A stretch of 64,000 bases of DNA from Camelus ferus (lineage: Eukaryota). Every line of letters begins with the position of its first letter. The stretch's first letter is position 1. The stretch is taken from positions 81,470,001-81,534,000 of the forward strand of contig NC_045697.1 in NCBI RefSeq assembly GCF_009834535.1, read 5' to 3'. Positions 40,111 to 53,800 of the stretch are shown here, piece by piece. Both the position numbers and the translations under genes were made by a program. The notes below the pieces were generated by a model. It was not told the origin of the DNA, made no database searches, and worked only from the letters and a program-made list of their open reading frames with translations.

Positions 40111-43100
40111 CCACGTTTAAATTATAGTATACTAAGTGAGACCACTTGTACTGTGCTTGGAGACCACAAATCTCCTATGTCATTATTCTGTATACCTGTG
40201 AACTGTCACTGCTATAATAAAACATCTTCTCACAAAGAGCCTCTTATTTTTCTTTTTTATGCAATAGCTATCAGTCTGGTATCTTTTGTTGTTCATTTAG
40301 ATGATGTGGGAAATATAAGAAGTAAGGCTTGTCAGTTTTACAAAGTTTTGGTTAAAGCTTGGATTGTGGCAAAGCTCATTCACTCTACAGTTGCTTAAAA
40401 ATATTCTAACTTCACCTAAGTGAGTTGCTTACATAAATTTCAATTGAATTTCTTGTGTCATCCCTCTGCTTTTCCAGAATTGCTTCTATCAAGGATATTG
40501 GAAAATATCTAGAAGCCTGAAGCTTTCCCAAGGCTGCTTTATACTTGAATGCAAGGCAGTGATTGATATGAGACATTATATTCTCACAAGCTCTGCAAAA
40601 TAAAGATTCCTTTCTCTACCAAAATAAGTTTAACTTTCATCAGGGGAGTGCTCAAGCAAGTTACAATAACTTCACATTTTTCCTCAGATTCTATCATGGG
40701 TAATTGAGTTATGCAACTATTGGAATGTTGGTGCACTGACACACCCATGCACAAGTTCATTTTGTATAACATAAAAATGTCATAAACAGCAAGACCCAAA
40801 ACAAAACAAGGGTTTTGAATTGAATATTATAGCTATAAGATGGACCATTCATATATAGAAATTTTTTTAAAAAGACTAAAGTCTTAGAGTTTGGAGATGC
40901 AATAACTTGAACTTTGGTTTCAGAAATAACTGTTTATTTTTATGCATATTTCCATTAATTAAGTTAAAAACCTAAATAATGAGTCCTAAATTAGGTATTG
41001 GTATCCTTCAGGCTAGTAATTTTTCTAGGCATAAAACTCTATTGATCCTGTGTCTGGCTTATTGTACTTGAGGATAGAGTGCAATCCATTACCAAGGAAA
41101 GCAAAGCCATTAGACTCCTCATGCATTCAATTAGGCTATTACTTTATCTGTCTTAATTGATACTGCTAATAGTATCATATATAATTGCTCTGTATAGGCA
41201 GAAAAAGGGGTTGTTAATAAGTCTTAGCTAATTCACAGAATGACAATTAAGTACTATCAGTAGAACTGTACATACACCCAAGATCAATATATGACCTATC
41301 GCCTCAGTCGCACAGCAGGTGGTGGAAAACAGTAATTTAAACTGGGTGATGATAATTTAAGGTGAACTGTACGGTATTTCATTTTGTTTTCAGAGCAACA
41401 GGGTTCTTTTTGCTGTTTTTCTTTTTTGAGGGGAGTGATTATACAGGGATATTAACTTTGTGTTTGGAATGATGACAAAACAGTTCTGAAACTGGAATCA
41501 CTGTTATTCACAAACTTTTATGTTTAATTATGTCACAAGAAATATGCACTAAAAGAAAATCTCTCAACAAATTAAAACAACAAAAAAAGATTAGTACCCT
41601 TCAACCTACTTGAACTTAAACAAAAATACAGTGTAGAAAAATGCAGACTAGAGACCATGTTAAAATATGACTTTAAAATGCTGATCTTTTTTCGATGAAA
41701 GTTGCCTTGTGGGTGTAAATTAAGTGATTTTCCTAGCTATTTTAACTTGACCAGTGAGATACTATTTAATTTAGACTTACACAATAAAATAGTTTCTTTC
41801 AGAAAAATAACATTCAATGCCTAAGTATCTCAGTACCAAGTAATGCAGAGCGTTTTTTAATTCATTGTCCTGATACCAGAGTGAAGTATGTTCTGGGTCT
41901 AGATAGGAGAGTTGTCTATAGTAGATGGCTGTACTAGAGGGGAGGTGGGGAGGGGGGAAGAGTTCCTCTATCCAAACAAGAGATGCTTTGTTTCAGAAGC
42001 ATACTCTCCCACTCTCTAGAACTGCTTGCTAAGATGTTCATTAAATTCTGTTTCATTAAGTCAGAGCATGGCTATAGCTGAGAAGAAATTGAGCTGTAAA
42101 GATATGTAGATCCTAGAAAGATTATTTGACTTGTCCAAGGCCTTACCCAGCAGTTATTCGCTGATATATAATTAGATTCAAAATCCCTTAGAACGTCTTT
42201 TTAATTTTTTGGTGGTGCTTAGATCACTGAACCATGAACTTAATTTGGAAAAATTTGCATAATATTGTGCTTTTTCAATCGATTTATGCAACATATCTGA
42301 CATGTTTTCAATCTGAAAAGAGCATATTTACAGTTACTTTGTAAAAGCAGTTTAAAAAATATTTTACTTCTGACACCAAGATGCTGTCGCCTCAGAACTT
42401 TATAAATTTTATCAAGTATTTCTACTAGTTCTTCCCAACGGAAACCATGAAGAGCCTACAGCAATTTTACTGACTTTCAGTTTCTGAGCATTATTTTGCT
42501 ACTAGACTGGAAAATGAGTGAAGAACAAATTGGAAAAAAAGAGCATCTCTCTATTTTCCAGCTCAGTAAGATCCCTAAATGTTACATAAATTCTAAATGG
42601 TACAGCATGTAATATTTGGAGAGTGCTTTGGACTTGAACACTAGATAAGTCTGTTTCTTCTTACAAAGAAAATGACTTGAGAACCTAGAGGACATTTCAC
42701 ACTGTCTTACAAAATACAAGTATGTAATTATCTCACAGCTATTCTTTGTTTTGTTCAGAACAGTTTGGTAATTGAATAATTCATATTCATTACAAGGAAA
42801 AAAGAGTATCTCCTTATGAGTAATCACCTCTTGGGTAATCACCTCTTATTCCATTTCTTTGAACACAGTTTTCACTGGAATTTAGTCATTTGTCTTTTGG
42901 GGAAGGTGATGGACTATCTATGCCATATATACAATATAGTAGGGACTGAATTTTTAATTGTTTTTCATTTTATTGTAGAGTTGTAAACTGTCACAGAAAT
43001 TTGTGAACATCCAAAAACTTCATTGTATATGCTGGGAATCAACTCTTCAAGTATTTTTTCAGAAATATACTTACAGATAACTTGGGCTATTCCAAATCAG

Positions 43101-43339
43101 GAGAGTTTGGGAAGATATTCATCCTAATGCACATTCCAGATTTCTCAATTCAGTCTAAACATACACAATACAAACTCCAAAGAGAAATGGCACAGAAAAA
43201 CTAAACTAAAAAAATTTAAGGCTGATAGAAATACCTCAGTTATATTTTTAATTTATAATTCATTAATAAAGGTATATTTGGAAAAAGCTAGGTGACTTTG
43301 AATTGGGAGATGACTATGTATTATGTATTATATATAAAT

Positions 43340-44275
43340 GGCAAATAAGCATCTGAAAAATTATCAACATCATATGTCTTTAAGAAGTTGTAAATTAAAA
43401 CAAGAAGATACATATCTATTAGAATGGCCAGTATCCAAAACACTGATAACACCAAATGCTGGTGAAAATGTAGAGCAATAGGGACTCATTCTTTACTACT
43501 GAGGATGAAAAATGGAACAGCCACTTTGGAAGTCAGTTTCGGAAGCTTCTTACAAAACTAAACAAACTTTTGCTATAAGCTCCAACAATTGTGCTTCTTG
43601 GTTTTTACCCAACTGAACTAAAAACTAATGTCCACACAAAAACCTGCACACAGATGTTTATAGCAGCTTTATTCATGACTGGCAAAATTTGGAAGCAACT
43701 ACGATGTCTTTAAGTAGATAAATAAATAAACTGTGGTAGATCCAGACAATGGACTATAACTCAATGCTAAAAGGAAATGAACTATTAACCAGTGAAATAC
43801 ATGGAGGAAACTTAAGTGAATATTGTTAACTGAAAGAAGTCGACCTGAAAGGAGAATATACATAAGCATATACATATATATATTTACTATATGTTTCCAA
43901 CTATATGACATTCTGGAAAAGGCAAAACTATGGAGACAGTAAAAAAAATAAGTGGTTGCCAAGAGTTCTTGGGGAGGCAAGGAGAGTTGCACAGGTGGAA
44001 CACACAGGATTTTAGAGTAGTGAAACTAGTCTACATGATAGATACTGTAATGGTGGATATATGTCATAAAACATTTGTCAAAAACAACAGAATATGTAAC
44101 ATGGTGAATTCTAACATAGACTATGTATTTTAGTTAATAATGTATTAATTTTAGCTCATCAATGATAACAAATATATCATTCTAATGCAAAAAGTTAATA
44201 GGGGTAACTGAAAGGGAACTTTCTGCTCAATTTTCTATAAACTTCAAATATCCCCCAAATAAAGTACATTTATTA
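43340..44275 (+). mobile_element. L1MC2/3-like LINE 3' end
   Basis: cactgataacaccaaatgctggtga, tgtccacacaaaaacctgcacacagatgtttatagcagctttattc, ccaactatatgacattctggaaaaggcaaaactatggagacag. Confidence 0.9.
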
Positions 44276-44299
44276 AAAGCATACTTCAATTTCAATTGC

Positions 44300-44495
44300 A
44301 CTATCAGCTGTTTGATCTTGGGCATTATAATTAACACCTCTAAATTCTGTATGGTTTGGTTCATAACCTTCAAAATGAGAATAATACTATTTACACAATG
44401 AATTTTTGTGAAAATTAAATGCAAATGCATTTAAAATACATGACACCGTCTGGTACTTACCAAGTGCCCAATAAGTGGTAGCCAGGTCTATTATT
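44300..44495 (+). mobile_element. MIR SINE
   Basis: gctgtttgatcttgggc..taacacctcta..aaaatgagaataata..tttttgtgaaaattaaatg. Confidence 0.75.
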
Positions 44496-45592
44496 ATGAT
44501 AATGTACTTACCTAATTGATTTGTTTACACTGCCACAAAAGGAAGTGCTCTCTTAGGGATTAATCATGCTTAAACTGCACGTAAATTTTAAAAATTAGGA
44601 CACAGTTTTCTAAAAAATGCCCCTTCCTCTTGTTCTTTTTCTATTGCAAACACAGGATTCTCTAAACTGAAGAGAAATGTTCTTGTCAGGCAGAGATAAT
44701 AGAACTAATCCTGCTGGTGATAGCTAGGCAAGGGAGAGTGAATCCACTGTAGCTGCCTACATGCTGATAAGTTACTTTCATCTACCTTTTGTGTGTCTTG
44801 ATGTCTGTCTTATTTTTCCTGATTTAAGGTTATGGGAAGGTATCTTCTACTTTTTAGGGGCTTGAATTACATTCTGAAGCAGGATACCATTTAGCCCTTC
44901 CTTGCCTGGACTCCAAGGTACTTGAACACGAAATCTAAAATTTGAAATGAAAGGAAATCCAAAATTTAACACAACCACACAAATAAAATTATGTTAGCCA
45001 AACACTTCTCTCTTACTTCTTTTCAATGTCATACTCTGGAAAAAAACATATTTCCGTGTTGGTAAGTATTAAACAATAGTTTAAATAGGGAACTTCTATT
45101 ACAGTTTGATTTCAGTCTACCACACTGACTTCTATGAAACTGAATGCCTTAGTAATTTTTAGTAAATAGATATACAAATCTTAGATGTTATGATAGCTTC
45201 AAAAGAATCTCAAGTGTGATGAGGTAAAACATATATATTCATATTAGATTTTAACTATACAGTTTTCTTCCTCATTTTAAAATAAAAACATAAAGAAAAG
45301 TAAATGTGTATTATATATTTAATATATATCAATATATTACATATATAAATATATACATATGTTTTTATGATGAGGCATTTATGGAAGATACTGTCATCAG
45401 GCCTACCAAGGATTCAGAATATAATGAAGAAATATTTATTCTTAACAATGTTAGAGTGAAAATATATTTTCTATGGTGGAATCAAGTTGAGAAATACTAT
45501 CTGGTAATATATTATTCGACATCTGGTTGAATCCTGAAAGAAACAGATGACTCATTTTTCCAGAGTAACATTATTGATGCCCCCCTGCCTCC

Positions 45593-45991
45593 ATCATGGA
45601 CTGAATGTTTATGTCTCCCCTAAATATATATGTTAAAGTCCTAACCTCCTGTTGTGATGATATTTAAAGATAGAACCTTTAGGAGGTAATTAGAGTTAGA
45701 TGAGGTATGAAGATGGGGCCTTAATGATGAAATTAGTGACTTTACAGGAAAAGACACTAGAGAGCATTCTCTTTCTCTCTCTCTCTCTAATATGTGCTCA
45801 AAAAAGAAGCCATGTGAGCTCACAGAGATGGTGATTGCTTATAAGCAAAGAGAAGAGGCCTCAGAATAAAACCTACCTTGTTGACTTCTTGATCTTAGAC
45901 TTCCAGCCTCCTGAACTGTGGGAAGTAAATTTCTGTTATTTAAGCACCTAGTCTTCGGTATTTTGTTATGCAGCCTGAGCAGACTAATGCA
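45593..45991 (+). mobile_element. MLT1A-type MaLR solo LTR
   Basis: atggactgaatgtttatgtctccc..ggaggtaattag..ttgatcttagacttccagcctcc.gaactgtg..aaatttctgtt..gactaa. Confidence 0.9.
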
Positions 45992-46080
45992 CCCTCCCAG
46001 TATTCAGCTTATGTTAAAATTATTTATTCTCCATAACATTTACATACTCTCTTATAGCACATTATACATTTATTCATCCT

Positions 46081-46217
46081 ATTCATTCATTCATTCATTC
46101 ATTTATTTTGGAGGGACAGGTAATTAAGTTTATTTATTTTAATGGAGGTACTGGGGATTGAACCCAGGACCCTGTGCATGCTAAGCATGTGCTCTATCAC
46201 TGAGTTATACCCTCCCC
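46081..46217 (-). mobile_element. Vic-1-type tRNA-derived SINE (camelid-specific)
   Basis: Minus strand GGGGAGGGTATAACTCAGTGATAGAGCACATGCTTAGCATGCACAGGGTCCTGGGTTCAATCCCCAGTACCTCC has Pol III A and B boxes, a taattacct 3' part and a (GAAT)n tail; near-TSD attcatcct (46072-46080)/actcatcct (46218-46226). Confidence 0.88.
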
Positions 46218-49200
46218 ACTCATCCTTTTTAAATTATCTCTATTTTTTAACCTAGAAGGTAATCTTCTACAGACTTGTCTCCTTACTTTTCTGTACCTAG
46301 TAATTAGAACACTGTCTGGCTTCTGTAGGTATTTAATAAATTCTTGTGAAATAAATCAATAGAAAATCAATAAACTTAAAACACCCTCTGCAGAATTAAA
46401 TTTTTGGTTTAACTTTTAAGGTTTTATGATCATTTTCTCTTCTTTGTCTTATACATATATTCTAAAAATGCACTTAACTATAAAAAAATCTTGATTCCTT
46501 AGAAAGCACATCTATGCCTTCTTGCTTTATTATAATAATTAAAGGAGAGAGAGAGAGAGGGAGAGAATACTGTACTGTTCCAGATTGAATAATATAATAA
46601 TATTAGAGTGAATCCTCCAATCAAATGTAAAAATTAGAGCATCAGAGCTACCTTTGATGTTCACCATGTGCTCCTCCCCAATCCTAGGTTTCATCTTCCT
46701 TACCTTCCATATTGCTAAGCTCACTTCATATTTCTATCACATTGTCCTTCTGCTCTCTATTCTAATTTATTTCTTCACTGTTATCCTCCAATTGATGATT
46801 CTGTTTTTGCTTGCTTATTTTAATTCCACCTTTATTTTTAAGAGGTCAGGTTTAGCTTTTTTACATTCCTTATGTAATTCCAAAAGCTAAAGTCTTTAAA
46901 GATCTAAAACTACACTTTGTGCTGAAATTCATTTATAAGGCATATTCTTAAGTGATTGATAATTTTTTTATACTAGTACAATATATTAGATTATACCCAA
47001 TTTGTGGCAGTGCTAAGTGACTATGTTTCTTCCAAAAGCAATTTAGGTTTGCTTTTGACCAGGACTGAATGGGCACCGATGGGAACCATTTTAGCATGCT
47101 ACATGTACTACATTAGCAATGTAGGCATCTGAGAACTGGCTCCTATACAATGCCTCTGGCCCCAGACTTAGTTTTACATCCTATAAAGTTGTACTCTAGT
47201 TCTATGTTTGCTTACTGCTCACAATTCAGTTCTTAGCTTTTTAGTTAGTTTTGTTTTGTTTTGTTTGCACACTTAGCAATTCTTTAAACAGTAGAAACAG
47301 ACTGCTTCCCATTTCTTTTTTATCCTGATAAAGTTAACTCTCATTTTTCTGTATTAAAGTGCCCTAAATTCTTTTTCCATATTTCCTCAATTAGGCTCAG
47401 ATCCTTGAAAAAGTGTGCCTAGGTTCAGGAAAGAATGCAAGACACACACGCACTCATTCATACAGCTTGCAAAACTATTTCTCCCAGGAGTTTCCTGAGG
47501 CCCTACCCAGGGGAATCCCTGTATACATCTGGGACAATCAAAAGACATTCTCTTACTATCACCCATGAATGTTTCCCCTCAAGGAACACTCCCTGAAGAC
47601 CGGGGATTGTTCTCAATGGATCTTTCTCAGTCTTCCTGCTTTTAGTAATCACAAATTGTGACAATAATAGAAGCACAGGGCTGCCTCTCGTGCCCCTGGG
47701 GCTGGGAGGATTGAATATATTGCTCTCCTTTCGCCTGTCGACATTTTCCCTTAGCCTCCTCAAGATTAACTGTGCAAGAGTCTTCTCTAAAGAAAATAAA
47801 CTAATTTTCATAGAGAAGTGACAGTTTAATACCAGGTATCTCAGAATTCCACTTGCATCTATATAGAAATTAATCCCTTTTTAAACACCTAGACTTTTAC
47901 ATGGAAGAAGTCCCTGCTGGGGACTCCTCCTTCCATTCCTGACTTCAGTTTCATGCCCCACTATAGCATTTCCTTCAGTTCTTAGACCACCAGTCTTACT
48001 GCTCTCCTTTGGGAAAATTGAACCTCTTCCACAGGAAGTTATCTTATTCTTTGAGCACTTTTGTTTCTCCTTTTTTCCTATCAAAATTTCATGTGATCTC
48101 CATTAAAAACTAATTACTGTCACCTTCCTTCACTTTGAGTTAGAGGTCAGGTATTAAAATGATGACAAACATTAAGATGGGATTAGGGGTTGCTATGTCC
48201 TGGTTCTATGGACCACATTATTGAGTCTCTCCCTTTGACTTTTTCCAACATTTCTACCACTGAGTACTAAGACCCTCCACATTTCTTTGTAACTTAACTT
48301 TTAAAAACCACTTCCGTTTCTCCTGTAGGAAAAAAGCTAATAAATTGTGAAAAACAAATTTTCTCTGTTGGACATTTACACCAAGAAAAATAGATTTATT
48401 TTACTGAGAGGTTTCACTCCTTCCTGCACTTTCTGGGGGTTGGCAGGGACATAAAAGAGCTTTACCAGTCATAGTGGTGACATTCTTTGTTAAAAGGAAT
48501 GACAATCTCTATTAATTTCTTCTGATTCCTTCTTTGGTAGAAGAGTGGAACACGCTGTTAGTCTCTCAAGCGATACTTATTACTAGACAATACTATTTCC
48601 CACCCAAGGCCACCTGGTCACAAGTTATCTTTAGTTCTCCAGCTTCTCTCCTCTCAGCCCTTGTTTTGTTCTTCTTCCTCATACATAAAGCTTTGCTCTC
48701 CAAACCTTCTCTGGTCATTGGATAATCTAATAGCTGGACCCCAATTAGCACAGACAGAAATCTTCTCATAGTTACGTATGGCCCTAAAAGCAGCCCTCGA
48801 GGACAGCTATGAATTAATCTGATTTAACCCACAATAGGTTTCAAAACATTTCTAAGCATTCATAAGTGATCACGGAGAATTTTAACTTAAAACATAATAT
48901 CCACATTGATTTTAAAATGAGAAAGATCCCCTTTAATTAAAAAAAAATAGTTTACTTCTATTTATAAAAAATATTAAGAGCAGACCACTTTGAATGAATG
49001 TTCATTCATTTCAAGGTGGTTGTTTGCATTCTGCATGTACTTCCTAAATCTTTCCTCTTTTACAGATTCTCAGAAGTGTCACATACATGGATCTTATATA
49101 TAATAATTCTAGGCACAGAAAAATATATAGAGGAAAATGACTGTATACAAATAAAATAATTTTATTTTGTCTTTTTTATTCACTGTATTTCCCATTTTTT

Positions 49201-49506
49201 AGAGTAGATGGATTGTGTCATTTTCATTTATTCAGTCATCTAAAACCTCCCTTAGATGTTTCTACAGGTTGGAATTTTAAAAGGTCATCAGGGAATGATC
49301 CTGACGTGATAGGTTTGTAGAGTTAAGATAGCAGGTACACAGATACGTGTTTAGGTAAGGGGTAATATTAACACTGATTAGATAATATCTAACACATTTC
49401 AAAGTATATAAAATCTTTCATATATGATTTAAATTATGTATTCTATTGCTAACTGGGTAATGCTTATATTTCTATATGACATTTTATATATTCTACAAGA
49501 TTACAG

Positions 49507-49688
49507 CAGTGGTCCTCAACATGGAGACCTCAGATAGCATCAGTATTACCAGGGAACTTTTCAGAAATGCATTTTCAGTGTCACCCAGACCTCAGAACAG
49601 AATGGGAAACCCAGGGATAGGGGCCCAACAATGTGTGTATTACCAAGCCCTTTAGTTTATTCTGATGCAGAAAATTTGAGAACCATGG
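49507..49688. mobile_element. MER5A hAT-Charlie MITE
   Basis: TIRs cagtggtcctcaa...tttgagaaccatg; internal gcatcagtattaccagggaactt..agaaatgca..ggggccca.caat.tgtg..caagccct. Confidence 0.88.
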
Positions 49689-51159
49689 GTTTATCCGGGT
49701 TTAGTGTAATCTTAAACCTAAATTATCACAGATTTTCTTTAATGAATAAAATCATTAATCTTTTTTGGTTGTTTCTTCTATCCTCTGAAGTCTTGTATAA
49801 CAGAAGATTATCTCTTTTATGAGATGCAGTTTTGAAAAATCTATTGTATAAAAATTAGTCCAAAGCATTAGAAGGTCTAGGCAGTTATAAATATATCTGA
49901 AAACAGGTTTACTTTATTCTAAAAAGTTTGCTCTTGTTTAATTTATAATCTTTCAATTTAAGCTTCTGTTCCTATCAAGAACTTGACTTATCCAACATAA
50001 TCTAAAATAGACCATAATTTAAATAGCGTTTGTTCTTTTCTCCGTGGGCCCTTATTGTTAAAGTCTACTCACATAGATGCTGATTTGGAAAAGCTTTGTC
50101 ACTATAAGGTAATTTATGGTTTTAAGTTAAGGAAAAGAGAGAATGCATCAAGATGATGATCTGAATCAAAACATCTACTTCCCCTGCCTGCTAAAATCCA
50201 TTAATACTTTAGTATGCATATGTGTGTATGTGTATAAACATATTGAAAAGACAAGAATGGATGATTTCAAGGGAACTGAATATTCCAATAAATAAGAGAC
50301 AGAGGATAAAAACTGGTGTAGCTATTCCCAGTGATAAAGGTCAAAGAAGAAATTTTCTTCCAAAGTACATCCCCCAAATTTCTAATCTAGAAGTCATCAA
50401 TTAAACACAGCAGGAGGAAGCTCAGCAATTTAAACAGGATGTCAGTCAAACCATTCTTCTTCCCCTATTAACACTGAGTAGTAGGCAGCAATGATATTTG
50501 TCCTCAGAGAAAAAAACAAGCCTGGCTTCTAACTAGGGTCTTATGACCTACTGGGAAGTGTTGTAACATAGGTTTGAGGGCTCAAGAAAATAAAAGAGCA
50601 CAATTTGATGTAATTTTCACACCCTATTCATAAGGAACGAACAAAAGGAGGTAGAAGAATAGAATTCTGTTCTCCAGGGGTTGTACTGACAAACAAGTTA
50701 TTAGGAGCAACACTAAAGTAGCTTACAATCACCCTGAGGGAAGCAAGCTTGTTCAAACTCATACCTTATCTCTCCCCAACAATAATTAGAAGCAGGCCAC
50801 TGACATCAGTGCTGGGTATTAAACTCTTCTGTCTCAACCTGACACTCAATCTACTATGCCATGCTTTAGGATGTTGGGTCTTGGGCTCTACAAATGACAG
50901 AGCTTCTTTGCCATCTAGCTCCCTTATAGGATTTTCCAATATGGGGTTCTGAAAAGACACTATAATGCCAGACATTACACAACTTAGAATTTTCTTTGTA
51001 TTTCTTATTCCTGTCCTTGTCGTCCTTTTTTTTTTTTTTTTTTTTTTTCCATTCTGGCAGCAACATAATGCATTCAGAGATACTAAAGCTACCTAGGCAG
51101 CACTTCCTTCTTAGTGATCTGGGTCCCACCAATATGGAGATCCTCCACCAAACAATCAC

Positions 51160-51520
51160 TAGGGGAATGGATTAAAACCACACAACAAGTAAGAAAGATT
51201 AACAACTTCTACATGGATAAATCTCACAGACATCTTCTGGAGTTAAACCAGAATATATTATTTAACTATTCGATTTATATTAAGTTCAGAAATAGACAAA
51301 AGTAATCTATGCTGAAAGGTCAGAATTGCCATCTAGAGGACATATCAGACAAGGAGCATGTGGAAAAGGAACTTTTGGTGTTCTGAAAATATATTCTATA
51401 TGTTTATCTGCGTGATAGCTGTACAAGTACCTTGATATCTAAAAATCCATTGTGCTCTGTGTTTATAATTCTTAGACTTTATACACTCACCATATATATA
51501 TCACAAAAGCAATACAAAAT
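51160..51520 (+). mobile_element. L1ME-type 3' UTR fragment
   Basis: catggataaatctcacagaca, atttatattaagttcagaaatagacaaaa.taatctatg, gtcagaa. Confidence 0.65.
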
Positions 51521-52379
51521 CAAGTAATAAACATAATTATAAAGGTGATGATAATGATGATGATGATAATGAGGATAACTAGTGTACTTTATGTGTTCAT
51601 AATGGATTACTAATACAAATGTTGGGGGAAAGCTAATACCCTGAAAAATAACTTCAAACTCAAGATCCCAACAATGAGGGAAGAAAAACAGTACAGAAAA
51701 AGTAAAACAACTAAATCAGGGAAATAGATAAAATTGGAGACAACTTTAATAAATATTACTTAAGAAAACAAAAATACTATTATTATAGACTTAGACATAC
51801 TCAAGTGGTTATTTTTCTATATTTTTATTCTGCTCTCATTCTTGAATGCTAGTTTACAATGGATATAGAATTCTTTGTTCAAATCTAAATCAATTTAAAT
51901 TATTTAAAGGGATATAATTTTGAAACAAACAAAAAATCTAAAACCAGAATATGTGTTTTATAAGAAATAGTGGGGAGAAAATACCATGGAAAAGTAACAA
52001 AACATATAGCAAGATCACCAGTTGCACTATATAGTCCAAAATATTAAAAACAATAATATATCACTATTTATGAAAAAGAAGTAGATGGTAGAGTTGGAGG
52101 AAATGGAGTAAAAGGATGTAATAGTTTATAGTTATTAATTAAAAATTTTGAAAGAAAATATAAGCTTAAATATGTTTTAGCTTAAACACATTTAAACTCA
52201 AATATGTTTGAGTTAAAACATATTTGTAAATTCAAAGAATAGGAATAGGTATAAACATATTTTAAAACAAAGAGTGAGAAAGAGAGACAGAAGAACTGAG
52301 AAAAAGGGCATCTTGAAAAGTTCAAAGACGTATGGAAGAGGTTGGAAGAAAAACATGAAAAAAATTTAAAAATAAAAAA

Positions 52380-53800
52380 CAATCTCAAAAATACCATAAT
52401 AAGTGTGAATTGGTTATATTTTCACATTATATTCTGAGAATATAAAAAAATTAAAAAAACATGAAGAACTAAATGACAAAATTCAGCTCTATGCTGTACA
52501 TAAGGAATGTAAGACAAAGAAAATAATCCAGAAAGTTTAAGAATACAGAACCAGAAAAATATATACCAAGCAAATATTAAGAAATAGAGGGCAATTCTCT
52601 AATGAAGACATATGGCCAACAGGCACATGAAAAAATGCTCAATATCACTAATCATCAGAGAAATGCAAATCAAAACTACAATGAAGTATCATCTCACATC
52701 AGTCAGAATGGTCATCATTAAATAGTCCTTGAATGATAAATGCTGGAGAGGCTGTGGAGAAAAGGGATCCCTACTACACAGCTGGTGGGAATTAGTTTGG
52801 TGCAGCCATTATGGAGAACAGTATGAAGATTCCTCAAAACACTAAAAATAGACTTACCCTATGATCCAGCAATCCCATTCTTGGGCATATATCCAGAGGG
52901 AACTCTAATTTGAAAAGATACATATACCCCGATGTTCATAGCAGCACTATATACAATAACCAAGACATTGAAACAACTTAAATGTTCATCTACAGATGAC
53001 TGAATAAAGAAGTTACGGTATATTTATACAATAGAATACTACTCAGCCATAAAAAAGAATAAAATAATGCTATTTGCAGAAACATGGATTGACCTGGAGA
53101 TCATCATTCTAAGTGAAGTAAGTCAGAAAGAGAAAGAAAAATACCATATGATATCACTTATATGAGGAATCTAAAAAAAGAAAAAAAGGGGGAAAAGAGG
53201 ACACAAATGAATCCATCTATAAAACAGAGACAGACTGAGAGAAATAGTAAACAATCTTATGGTTACTGGGGGTAAGGAGTAGGAAGGGATAAATTTGAGA
53301 GTTTGAGATTTGCAAATGATAACCACTATATATAAAAATAGATAAACAAATTTCTTCTGTATAGCACGGGGAACTGTATTCAATAAGTTGTAATAATTTT
53401 TAATTAAAAAGAATATGAAAACAAATATATGTATGTATATGCATGACTGGGACATTGTGCTGTGCACCTGAAATTGACACACTGGAACTGATTATACCTC
53501 AGTAAAAGTAAATATAAGAAAAATAAAGAAATAGAGGGCAGGCATATAAACATTAAATACCAGACAAAGTAGAAGTCAAGGTGAAATCTGAAGACAATTT
53601 ATAAATATTTTATGTTGAGAAAAGTCATAATCTACTCAGCAAACATACCGTTAGGCTTTATCAATCTATGAAATTAGCTCTGAAATAAATCATAATCATA
53701 GAAAATGGAATGTAAAATTGACAAAAACATAATATTGGTAGCAAAGTTTAAATTGTCTCCCCAAAAAAGACAGCTCATGGGAAATACACTTGAAGATACA
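52380..53800 (+). mobile_element. old L1M ORF2 endonuclease-region fragment (host of the younger L1)
   Basis: ctatgctgt..., aaaaatatataccaagcaaata (KIYQAN) before and cagacaaagtagaa (DKV.) after the nested insertion. Confidence 0.7.
52594..53525 (+). mobile_element. young 5'-truncated camelid-type L1 (ORF2 C-terminus plus 3' UTR)
   Basis: Well-preserved ORF2 end; 3' UTR gcatgactgggacattgtgctgtgcacctgaaattgacacact..actgattatacctc; perfect 15-bp TSD aagaaatagagggca at 52579-52593 and 53526-53540. Confidence 0.93.

Noticed and set aside
41938..41958. G-rich tract as a G-quadruplex
   Set aside because: It has only three separate tracts of 3 or more G, so it is not a canonical G4.
44505..44580. 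Minus-strand 63-nt exon-like segment ending ag|gtaagt
   Set aside because: It has stop codons in all three frames and a weak pyrimidine tract.
46145..46217. tRNA-Ala-like gene
   Set aside because: It has a SINE tail and TSD and a degenerate A box; it is a tRNA-derived SINE, not a tRNA.
51026..51048. Long poly(T) runs (also ~675-695, ~37473-37490) as retrocopy tails
   Set aside because: No adjoining element or TSD was found; they are simple homopolymers.
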